Translations under genes and position numbers: made by a program
Shown here: piece by piece, positions 24,950 to 36,527 of the stretch
How the letters are laid out: the number at the start of each line of letters is the position of its first letter
Position numbering within the stretch: the first letter of the stretch is position 1
The notes under the pieces: generated by a model
What the model saw: only the letters and a program-made list of their open reading frames with translations
Database searches by the model: none
Told to the model about the DNA's origin: nothing
From: Chiloscyllium plagiosum
Taxonomy: Eukaryota
DNA: 60,416 bases
Assembly: GCF_004010195.1 (NCBI RefSeq)
Contig: NC_057711.1
Coordinates: 83,313,623 to 83,374,038, forward strand
Direction: 5' to 3'

Positions 24950-26000
24950 GATTGCAAGTTTTATCTCCTACTGTTGGTGAGATTGTGCAGCATGTAGACT
25001 ACCACAAATCATTAGAACCTACTCTGCCAATCACTGCAGGCCTCCTCCTGACTGGTCCAGGCAATGCAAGTATTATTTCACCATGACAATACTTTGCTAT
25101 GTCACATTTCATGTAATGCATGCTGAGCATATTTACATAGGTTAAGCCTCAGAGTCAGCGTCAGAATGGTCAACAGATGCCTCTGACCATCCAGTAGTCA
25201 TAACTTGGTTTGTTATAATGCAGTATTGGGAAGCTGAAACAAAGTTTCCACAGCCTGGGCCACTCTAGAGGAGCCCTCAAGCTGTCAGCAGAGCATGTGT
25301 CTTGGTTTGTGATGCTGCATGGTCTCAATATCATGAATGAAATGGCACAGTGGACTGTTGCAGAATGATGCTGAAAATGTGTCGCTGGAAAAGCGCAGCA
25401 GGTCAGGCAGCATCCAAGGAACAGGAGAATCGATGTTTCGGGCATAAGCCCTTCTGCCCGAAACATCGATTCTCCTGTTCCTTGGATGCTGCCTGACCTG
25501 CTGCGCATTTCCAGCAACACATTTACAGCTCTGATCTTGAGCATCTGCAGTCCTTACTTTCTGTTGCAGAATGATGTCATAATGACTGCAACCAGGTTAC
25601 AAGGCATTGATGTGCACATTATATTGTGTATGGTCACAAACAACCCACATTTTGCACTTTAATTGTAGCATAGAGCAGAGTTAAAACCCAGTGGCCACAA
25701 AGCAAATATATGACATTCAGTGGCACCCATTACCAGGAGGAAAGCTATAACTCTCAAAGCCACATACTAGCTCCAACTGCTGCTCTCCAGCAAGGGAAAA
25801 CATATAGTTAGCTTTGTTTGAATATTCAACAACATTAAATGGCAAACTGCAAGATACCTCCAGCCAAAAACGAACCAAGTACATAAAAGTTCATTGCCAC
25901 AGCCACCTTCACAAATACTGGAAATATGTACCTTACCAGTTCTGAGGCTGCAATTGTATCTTGCAGAAGAGGGTGGATGAGGATGTCTTTACTGAAGTGC
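24950..26000 (-). mobile_element. PIF/Harbinger transposase relic, interrupted at 25371-25560
   Basis: Minus-strand peptides VKVAVAMNF, VVCDHTQ...INAL*PGCSHYDIIL and HCLDQSGGGLQ match HARBI1-type motifs. Confidence 0.65.
25371..25560. mobile_element. Fold-back (75-bp stem) insertion of PLE family A terminus
   Basis: Arms 25370-25444/25455-25529, 10-nt loop, ~31-nt tail; CTGTTGCAGAATGATG duplicated at 25355-25370 and 25561-25576. Confidence 0.9.
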
Positions 26001-26104
26001 AAATGTTACACATGTTGCTCATTAATAGGTTCACACAGGAGAATCTGCTCTTGGCCGGTGTGGAACAGTAAGCATAAAGCTGCCTCTCAATTTGATAACT
26101 CAGT

Positions 26105-26835
26105 GTTATAAATTTCAAAAGTCAGTTTGATGTAGTACTGAAGGAAGATTTCTTTGTTTAAGGTGATATCGTTACATCTCCACAAGCATCCTCTCTCTCC
26201 TCCATTGATGCATAGTAGTAGCAGTGTATACTATCTACAAGCTGCATTGCAGAAATTCACTAAAGATCATCAGACAGCACCTTGCAAACCCATGACCATT
26301 TCCATCTAGAAGGACATGGGCAGCAGATTTGTGGCAACACCACTACCTTCAAGCTCCCCTCCAAACCACTCATCATCCTGACTTGGAAATATATCACCAT
26401 TCCTTCAATGTCACTGGATCAAAATCTTAGAAATCCCTCCCTAATATCATGGGTCAACGCAGCAGGTGGATTGCAGCAGTTCAAGAAGCCAGCTCACCAA
26501 CAACTTCTCAAGGGCAGCTAGGGATGGGCAATAAATGCTGGTCAGCGAGCGACACCCACATCCTATAAATGAATAAATTATATTTTAAAAAATCAAAGTT
26601 AGAGATGATGCAAAGGATTTTGTTTCACTATTCAAAAATAAATAGGAAATTCTCCCATGCCCTGTTCCTTGATCAACACCATAAGGATAGATTAATTGTT
26701 TTTTCACTATGTTGCTGTGCACAAGCCAATGATTCAGTTTGCCGATAAAGCCAAAGTCAGTACATCTTAAAAAGTAACATGTTGACTGTGGAATATCCAA
26801 AAGGTGTGAAAGCAGTTGTATAATTTCCTACTTCT
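26105..26835 (+). mobile_element. Decayed DeuSINE (SacSINE1/AmnSINE1-like), split by a LINE fragment
   Basis: 26605-26830 resembles the Deu domain and tail as I recall them (GATGCAAAGGAT...CACTATTC...GGAAATTCTCCC...TTGCTGTGCACAAG...AAAAGTA...GTGAAAG). Confidence 0.45.
26175..26580 (+). mobile_element. 3' end of second LINE family
   Basis: Reverse complement of ~30670-31050 (TATCTACAAGCTGCATTGCAGAAATTCAC...), ends in AATGAATAAA. Confidence 0.8.
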
Positions 26836-26983
26836 TATGAGGAGGGATGAATGAGTTCCCCTCTTTTAAATCTTTTCAGTTGGCTGCAATAATTTTTTTT
26901 TTAAACACAGTTTTATCACAGTTCAATGACATGTAGTGCTGGTCAAAATTATGGAACCCATTGCAAGGTTTTCTTCAGCAAAG

Positions 26984-27150
26984 AACCATAGGACTGCTCT
27001 TTCATTAGAGAGATGGAGAGTTTAACCAGAGAGTCCCATGCCTCAGGTAAGGGACAAGGTTGAGAAAGTGGAACCTTCATGGTAACCTCAGCCAGGGAAT
27101 TGAACCGTTGCTGTTGGTATCACTTAGCATTGCAAATCTAGCCAACCAAC
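26984..27150 (-). mobile_element. tRNA-derived SINE, decayed (distinct from HE1)
   Basis: Minus strand has a B-box-like GGTTCAATTCCC followed by GGCTGAGGTTACCATGAAGG. Confidence 0.5.
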
Positions 27151-27199
27151 TCCCTGCAGGTTCAGTGGTGTGAGGGGTTGGAGAGGGTGAGAGGTAGAG

Positions 27200-27440
27200 A
27201 TGGAAAACATTACAGCAAATTGAGAGAGTGGTAGAGCAAGAACCTCAGTCGAAGTGGGTGTAGTAGCAGAGATAAAACTGAGACTGCACTGACCTGGGTG
27301 GCAACGTATGGTGTATTGATCTCTTCAGGCATCCTAGAGGAAGAGGACACCCTCCTCTAAACCACTTCATGCAGTAGAGCCTCCAGATACCTATTCAGAA
27401 AAGTGGCATTAAGCTTCTCTTCTCTGACATGTCCAAGGCA
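27200..27440 (-). mobile_element. Myb/SANT-like second-ORF relic of a Harbinger transposon
   Basis: Minus-strand peptides FLNRYLEALLHEVV*RR and VATQVSAVS resemble NAIF1/MSANTD-type N-terminal domains. Confidence 0.45.
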
Positions 27441-27460
27441 AATATCACAAAGCATGCACA

Positions 27461-28303
27461 GTGAGGGGGCGGTTGTCGGCTGCAAAGGGACTTAAATATG
27501 ATGCAGAACTGGGCTGAAGAGTGGCAGATGGAGTTCAACCCTGTCAAGTGTGAGGTTGTCCATTTTGGAAGGACAAATAAGAATGCGGAATACAGGGTTA
27601 ACGGTAGGGTTCTTAGTAAGGTGGAGGAGCAGAGGGATCTTTGGGTCTATGTTCATAGCTCTTTGAAAGTTGCCACTCAGGTAGATAGAGCTTGTAAGAA
27701 GGCCTATGGTGTATTAGCGTTCATTAGCAGAGGGATTGAATTCAAGAGTCGTGAGGTGATGTTGCAGCTGTACAGAACCTTGGTAAGGCCACATTTGGAG
27801 TACTGTGTGTAGTTCTGGTCATCTCATTTTAGGAAAGATGTGGAGGCTTTGGAGGGGGTGCAGAGGAGACTTACCAGGATGTTGCCTAGAATGGAGAATA
27901 GATCGTATGAGGATAGGTTGAGAGTGCCAGGTCTTTTCTCATTGGAACGACGAAGGATGAGGGGTGACTTGATAGAGGTTTATAAGATGATCAGGGGAAT
28001 AGATAGAGTGGACAGTCAGAGACTTTTTCCCCGGGTACAACAGAGTGTTACAAGGGGACATAAATTTAAGGTGAAGGGTGGAAGGTATGGGGGGATGTCA
28101 GGGGTGGGTTCTTTACCCAGAGAGTGGTGGGGGCATGGAATGCGCTGCCTGTGGGAGTGGCAGAGTCAGAATCATTGGTGACCTTTAAGCGGCAATTGGA
28201 TAGGTACATGGATAGGTGCTTAAGCTAGGACAAATGTTCGGCACAACATCGTGGGCCGAAGGGCCTGTTCTGTGCTGTATTGTTCTATGTTCTATATTCT
28301 ATG
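27461..28303 (+). mobile_element. Relatively young 5'-truncated CR1 LINE
   Basis: ORFs 27498-27812 (WQMEFNPVKCEVVHFG...LVRPHLEYCV) and 27840-28181 (ERRRMRGDLIEVYK); (TTCTATG)n tail. Confidence 0.92.
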
Positions 28304-30384
28304 CAGGACAGCTCCAGACTAACAGGGTGCGCAATAGCACTTTAAAGACAGTGCAACTGACAGGGATGCTGCTCCAGCACCCAGACACCTGGCAGTAGCA
28401 GGTTCTTCCAGACACAATGGTAGAACTGGGCTATCATGGGATGAGAGGGATGTCATAGGAGTGGGCTAGGTGGTTAGTTAGCGAAGTGAATTTAGGATGA
28501 TATCACAAGAAAACTCACTTTGCCCAATGGAGTAAAACCATCTGTGTGTCTTAATGTAATTACTACTTAGCCAAAGAAGCCATAAGATTAAACCAGGGAG
28601 ACAGTGAGCAAACTTCCAGTTATGCTGTTAGAAAATCCATTTTTTCACTCTCTGTCCAAAAGCTGTTGTCTGAAATATAGTTCTTTGTGTATTCCCATGT
28701 CTGGCTTCGTTTTTTTTCCTCCAAGCTGAATAAAATGCAGGTGACTCTTATCCCAATGTGTAATTTCCAGCAATAGGTCAATTAAGCAGGATATATAATT
28801 CTGAAAGACTGGTTTCAGTTATTTTTGATTGCATAATAGTTTCAATGAACTGGCTTAATTTTGTGGTCAGGTGATAACTGCAGTTCTCTAAGCCAGTGTT
28901 TTTTCCATGATTTTCCCTTTATAAAACCATTTTAGTACAGTAAACAGAACCAGGAACTTAAATCAAATGATGATCAAAAATTGATAGTCTATTTTTACAG
29001 CTATTGTGTCACTGGTCAGAATCTTCTATTTTGCAGACCAAGTGTACACATAGGTCTAAAAGCAGGAGGTACTTCTCCTTGGGGATGGATTGGAATTTCT
29101 CATGTGCTTATATTTTTAAAAGCAAAATTGTGCAAGTCAAAAATTGAACAGTTTAGCAGGCAGACAAGACGTTCTCACCTGTCAGGATGTTTGGCCTTAA
29201 TTTACAGGTACCTTTAAAGGCACCGAGATGACATTTTACTCTCAAAGTCAAGATAATTGCTTAGCCTCTGCAGGCTGCCCCACCTAACCCTGAAGATGTC
29301 TGATACCAGACAGGAAGTCACCCCACAATTCAGCAATACCTCATTAGATGTTCTCTGGTGAGTCATCAGGGACAGTAGATATATAATTTCCCAAGGGATG
29401 GTAACAGTATGTTAAACTGACAGGGAAAGCCAGCCAGGACCAAAGAAACAACCAAGATCATTGCCCAGGGATGACAAAAGAGAATCTGACTCCATTAATG
29501 CAAAAGGAAGAATGATCTTCTGTGCTTTGTCAGCATATGCACCACTATCTACTTAATGCTTCATGCTCATATGAGTCAGAATTAGCATTGCCTGAGGTTG
29601 CCACTGCACACGATTACAAACAGGAAATTGTGGAAGGCATCTCCATGAGATATCTCGCACGGTGAATGATAAATATAATTAACCACCACACAATAGTGCA
29701 CTACAGTCTGGCTCTCCCACATGTGACAAAGTTCACAGTGAAAACACAAACAGATTTCAAACAAACACGCAGATGAGCCAGCGTCAAGTCTCTGACTCCT
29801 CATTATAACAGGGAGAACATTTAGAAATCTGAGCAGTTTTCAGCAAAGGATTGGATGGAATAAGACAGAAAATCACAAAAGAAAGATCTCAGTGTCACAT
29901 ATTATATAAAGCATCAGATTTTTATCAGTTGCTCTAACTTTGATGATGAAACAAAAGTACCATTCATCCAGTAGCTTTAATGGCTCAGACATCTCAGTCC
30001 TGCCTGCCCTAGACAACTTTCCTGCTAGGAGCCATTATGGCTGAATGTTGAGAAGGATGGTTGCCCCAGACAACTTGCATTCCTTAGATGGCAATCCTAA
30101 AACCACAGAAAGCCTTCCAAGACCCATTCTGAAGGACCATAAATCTCATTAAGTAGCATGACAGAGCATGTCACAAGCAATTTAAACACATGCACACCAC
30201 AAAGATTATAAAGGTGGAATTATTTATGCTACTGGTAAAGAATCTTTAATAGACATTAATGAGAAAGCTAAACTTAGAGGAATGAGTTATTCACAATGGA
30301 TATTTGCCCAAGTTGCAGATCTATCAATATGTTGTAGATCTTAACTCCTGATCTTTAAGCAAATTGGTGATGAGTTCATGATCA

Positions 30385-32190
30385 CCAATTGGGTTGGGGG
30401 GGGTGAACTGTGAGGAGGATGCAGAGATGCTTCAGTGTGATTTGAGTGGGTAGGCAAATGCATGGTAGATGAAGTGAATAAATAAAAGGTTATCCACTAT
30501 GGCAACAAAAACAGGAAGGTGGACTACCTGAAATCTGATAGATTGGGATGGTGAAAATGCAATGAAACCTGGATGTCCTTGTACACCAGTCACCGACAGT
30601 AAACATGCAGATGCAGCAGGTGATGAAAGTATATTGGCTTTCAAAATGAGAGGATTTGAGTTTCTTTTCAAATCACCAGTGGGATGTGGGCATTGCTGAC
30701 TGGCCAGTGTTTATTGCCCATATCTAACTGCCCTTCAAAAGGTGATGATCTGCCTTCGTGAGCAGCTGCGAGTCATCTCACAATGCCCTTAGGGATGGAA
30801 TTCCAGGATTTTGACTCAGAAACAGTGAAGAAATGGTAATATATTTCCACATCAGGATGCAGAGTGGGTTGGAGGGAACTTGCAGGTGGTGGTATTCCCA
30901 TATACCTGCCCTTGTTTTTCTAAATGGTAGTGGTCAGGGTTTGAAAGGTGCTGTCTAAGGATCTTTGGTGAATTTCTGCATTGCATCTTATAGATAGTAC
31001 ACACTGTTGCTACTGAATGTTGGTGGTGAAGGGAGTGAATACTTGTGGATGTGGTGTCAAACAAGTTGACTGCTTTGTCCTGGATAGTGTCAAGCTTCTT
31101 GAGTGTTGTTAGAGCTGCACCCATCCAGGCAAGTGGGCAATATTTCGTTCCACTCCTGACTTGTGCCTTGTAGATGATGGGCAGACTTTGGGGGATCAGG
31201 AAGTGAGTTACTCTCCTCAGTATCCCTAGTCTCTGACCTGCTCTTGTAGCTACTGTGTTTATGTGATGAGTCCAGTTGAGTTTCTGATTAGTGGTAACAC
31301 CAAGGACATTGGGGGATTCAGTGATGGTAACACCATTGAATGTCAAGGGGCAGTGATTAGATTGTCTTTTATTGGAGATAGTCATTACCCAGCATCTATA
31401 TGGCATGATTGTTTCTTGCCACTTGTCAGCCCAAGCCTGAATATTGTCCAGATATTTGAAGATGGACTGCTTGAATATCTGAGAAGTTGTGAATGGTGCT
31501 AAATATCCTACAATCATCAGCAAACATCCTCACTTCTGACCTTATGGAAGGAAGGTCATTGATGAAGCAACTGAAGATGGTTAGGCTTAGGATACTACTC
31601 TAAGGGACCCATGCTGAGATGAACAGAAGCAGGGGTGTCTTGCCGTACAGAGCCTTGGTGGGACCACACCTAGAGTATTGTGTGCAATTTAGGTCTCCTT
31701 ATCTGAGGAAGGATGCTCTGGCTATGGAGGGAGTGCAACAAAGATTTATCAAACTGATTCCTGAGATGGAAGGACTGAAATATGAAGAGAGACTGGATCA
31801 ATTAGGACTGGAGTTTAGAAGAATCAATTGGAGGTGGGGTAGGGGTGGGGGAGTAAATTTCAAACCAATAAAATTCTAAAACTGGACTAAAGAGGATAAA
31901 TATTGCAAGGGTACTGTTGATGGCCTGGGAGTCAAGAACCGGGGTCAGAGTCTAAGGGTATAGGTAGGCCATTTAGGACTGTGATAACCTGGAGAATGCA
32001 AGAGAGCTGGAATTCTCTGCCACAGAAAGTGGTTGAGATCAAAATATTGAATGGTTTGAGGAAGGAGTTAGGTATATTTCTTAGTGCTAAAAGATATGGT
32101 GAGAAAGCAGGATGATCAGCAATATCATATCAAATGGTGCAGCAGGTTTGAATGGCTGAATGGCCTACCCAGCTCCTATTTTTATGTTTC
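30385..32190 (+). mobile_element. CR1 LINE 3' portion split by a nested LINE
   Basis: ...AGAGGATTTGAG (30660) resumes as AACAGAAGCAGGG (~31622); ORF 31619-31879 ALVGPHLEYCVQF. Confidence 0.8.
30661..31615 (-). mobile_element. Second LINE family (CR1/L2 group) RT C-terminus and tail
   Basis: ORF 30852-31523(-) LDNIQAWADKWQ...LGVT...LNWTHHIN...RLGILRR...IYKAQVRS...KKLDTIQ. Confidence 0.85.
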
Positions 32191-33539
32191 TAAGCCTCAC
32201 TTTGAGAACCTCCTATTGCTAACTTCCCCTGATCACATGACACCATTTTTACCTTGTGTGCCAGGAGATCTTTCTCTCTTCATGGCTTTGAACTTAGGAT
32301 TTTGCTCAGATTGCTCACCTAAGCTCAGCTCTTCAATGCTAATTTACCAAACTGGAGCTTCAGCTCCTGGCTCCTGTCTTGTTGTCTCTCTCTTCACCAA
32401 GAAGCTTAAGTATGCCACCAATCTGTCTGGTTAAGTATTCAGCAGTTGCATGCTTGCTCTAATTCCCCTTCCTGGTTCTCCAGTTATCAGAAGCTTCCAA
32501 CTGACAGGTTCTGTCCATTGCTCTCACTTCATCCTCTGCAGTCCCACCCCAAAAACGTAACCCCCTTCAGGAAGGGACGCCGAGGAACTGATGTGCTCTC
32601 CTCCACTATTACCACCCGCTGTCAGAGGCCCTGCTAAAAAAAAGTGCACACCGCACCAGGTACAGACCTCAAATGCCTGGATGTGTGAACACATTTTTTC
32701 TGCTTTGTAGTAACAAAATTGTGACCATCAATATAACTCCAGTGGACTGAGTGTTAATAAATATTCATAAATGTTAATGAATGCAAGAGACTTTGCCAGG
32801 GTTAAGGTTGGGAAACCGGACTCACCAAATTGCCAAATTTTAACATGGTGCTAGCAAACTGAATTGGGCTTCTTGCCTAATTTATTTTTCCCTTCTACCT
32901 TGCTAAACCCTTCAGACAGGCCTGGAAGATTCTGCCCAATACACTTATTTGTTTAATGGCTTATAACACAGTCCCAACTCTCCACCATGACTGAAAAATT
33001 CAGCAAGAGGATAACTTTCACAAATAAATCCTTTTTGTCCTAAATGTCTGTTGTATCACTAATCATAGGAAAGTGCAGCATGTCAGAAGGTTGTTGCTTT
33101 TTAACAGATGCTGCCCATAAGTATTAAAGCAGATGTCCTTGACACAGGGAATATGTGAGCCAGCAGTTGTAATGTTTTCATTCCTGCTTGAGCCTTTTGT
33201 TCTTACTGTTCTTTAGTCTGGTTTTCTGTCCACAACCTTGAATCAGACATGCCAAAGGTGCTGAATATCAAAGGAGAGCTGAAGAGTAGCCTTTTCACCA
33301 TTAGAATAATTTAGCCATATCAGGAACAACCTGAGCAAAACTGGGATCATTGGTAGTGTTGAGATGGTCGTGATGCATGAGGTTAACAGGGAAAACTGGC
33401 CAATAGCTGTGGTAAAACTTTACGTATAGCCAGCTTCCTTTGCATCATAAAAGCCAATAATGGTAACTGTAGAACCACTTTGCTAGAGTTCCTCAGGTCA
33501 ACATCCAGTGCCCATGAGAAGGAAACATGCTATCTCAAA

Positions 33540-34290
33540 AAATAGCCAGGGACATCGAAGAGGTAAGAGACAGCATAAAATTAAAAGAAAGGGCTTATAA
33601 AAATGCAAATCCCACGAATGAGACAAATCCAAAGATTAACAAAATTCCACATCGTGACTTACAAAAGCAGTTAAAAAGGATTATGAAAGGAAACTTACTA
33701 GGGACATAAAATGCAATGAGAGATGTTGTAGTTAAGAGTACTATTGGCACACTAAAGGCCGAGAGTGGGAATATTGTCAGCATCCAATGGTATATGGGGT
33801 TCGATGCCATGAACAGGTGCAGAAAATAGTCAAGAAGGTTAATGGAATGCTAAAGGGCTGGAGAATAGGGATGCAGATGCTACGCTGCAATTATACAAAA
33901 CTTTAATTAGATCCCACTTCAAGAACTGTGAGCAGATCTAGGCAGTACACTTCAGGAAGGATGTTATGGTCCTGGAGGGAATTCCATGCAGGCTTACAAA
34001 GATGATATCTGGACTTCAGGTGTGAATTTATAAAGAGAGATTTGGCCAATTAAGCCTTTATTCTTTCGAATGTAACAGGTTAAAGGGTGACCTAATCAAG
34101 GTCTTCAGGATATTAAAATAGAAAGGCAAGGTAGATAAAGATAAACTATTTCCACTGGTTGACAATTCTAAAACCAGGGAACATAATCTCAGAATTAGGA
34201 CAAGGTCATTCAGGAGAGCTGTTAGAATGCACTTCTTCTGCACAGAGTGGTGAAGATTGGAACTCTTTTCCTCAAAATGCCAGTTAATGC
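33540..34290 (+). mobile_element. Decayed CR1 fragments
   Basis: AAGAAGGTTAATGGAATGCT and AGGTTAAAGGGTGACCTAATCAAGGTCTTC motifs. Confidence 0.6.
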
Positions 34291-34611
34291 TATGCCTGGA
34301 GATATGTAAAAATAATGAATTTCAAATTTGGCTATTTTCTGTGTTCCCACTACATTGTAAATAAAATTGTATTTATTTATGTTTGTATTTTATTCTGAAA
34401 AAGAATTTGCTGAATTAATCACAATGAAGCAAATGTACATTCCCTCTCAAATATAAAATGTCATCCTTATTGCTGAGATTATTTAACTTGAATTAATATG
34501 CATCCAATGTCATTTTGAATTGCTCGGGTGAACAGGAAGATTTAATACTTGGACTGTGATTAGACATAATTTTTATTATTTCTAAATATAAACAGTGCCT
34601 AAAAATCTTCA

Positions 34612-36025
34612 CTTCTGTGGTACCTCCCTGGCTACAGCAGAGGTGTCAGAGGATTGGAGGATGCCAGTGTGGGACCAGGGAAGCAAGGGATGAACCAGGA
34701 AACTACAGGCCAGTCAGTCTAACCTCAGTGGTGGAGAAACTGTTGGAAACAAATCTGAGGGACAGAATTCATCTGCACTTGGAGAGGCAGTGATTAATCA
34801 AGAATAGTCAGCATAGATTTGTTGATGAGAAATCAGATCTGATCAACTTGATTAAAGAGGTAACTAGGTGTGTACTTGAGGGCAGGTATTTGATGCAGTT
34901 TACTTGGACTTCAGCAAAGCTTTTGATAAGTCCCAAATAGGAGGTTAAGAGCAAAGGTAATTGCCAATTGGAATCAAGAAAATTTGGCTAGTTGGTTCCA
35001 GAATTGGCAGAGGGTGATGTCCAATGGGTGTTTTTTGACAGTGGGGACCCTGTGGGGATCAGTGTTGGTGCCTTTGCTGTTTGTAGTATATATAAACAAT
35101 TTAGACTCAAATATAGGAGGGTTGATCAGTAAGTTCATAGATGATACAAAAGTTGGTGAAGTGGTAAATATTAAGGAGACTAGCCTTAGATTACAGGAGA
35201 ATATAGATGGGCTTACCAGCGACAAATGGAATGCGATCTGGGTAAGTGCAAGATGATGCACCTAGGCAGGACAAACAAGCCAATGGAATACACATGAACA
35301 TTAGGCGCCTGGGAAGCACCAAAATCAGAGGGAAGTTTGTGTGCACACCCATTGGTCCCTTAAATTGGTATAATAGTTCAATAAAATGATTAAGGTGGCA
35401 TATGAGATTCTTACTTTTATTAGCTCAAGTATAAAGTTTATGAGTATGGAGGTTCTGCTGGAACTATATAAAAAGTTGGTCAGGTCACAGTTAGAGTATT
35501 GTGTGCAGATTTGAAACCCAAATTATAGGAGTGATGTGATTGCACTGGAGAGGGTGAAGAGTCATCTTGCCTGGACTGCAAAGTTTCAGTTTTGAAGAAA
35601 AATTGGACAGACTGTGGTTGATTATAATGGAGCAGAGGAAATTGATTGGGGGGAGGGGATGCTGACATGATTGAGATATAAAAAAATTATGAGGGGCATA
35701 AACAGGGTAGACAGAAAGAAATGTTTCCCCTGGTGAAGCATTTAATGAGCAGGGGCATAGGTTTAAAGTAAGGAGCAGGGAATGTGAGGAATATTTTTTA
35801 ACCCAGAAGGTGGTGGGAATCTGGAACTCACTGCCTTTAAGGATTGTAGAGACAGAAACCTTCATAATATTTAAGAAGCATTTAAATGTTCACTTGCAAT
35901 GCCAAAACACGTAACGTTATGGACCAAGTGCTAGGAAATGGGATCAGAATGGTTAGGTGCTTGTTTTTGGCTGGCACAGACTCAATAGGTCAAAGAGTCC
36001 TTCTCCATAGACTTTTATGACTCTA
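34612..36025 (+). mobile_element. CR1 LINE 3' portion
   Basis: ORF 34984-35256 GSVLVPLLFVVYINNLD...KFIDDTKVG; tail ends TTTTATGACTCTAT. Confidence 0.88.
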
Positions 36026-36188
36026 TATCCTGACACCCATCTTCTGTCCTGTGGTGAAGTGAAGAAACATGCGCAGGGGGAATGCACTGCTGAGTGAAAG
36101 TGTACACTCACAGTTGTGATTATATATGAGTAAATTCCAGATTGTCATCAATCCCATCACACTACTTTGCTCACAATAACAATTTTAA

Positions 36189-36527
<339 letters not shown>

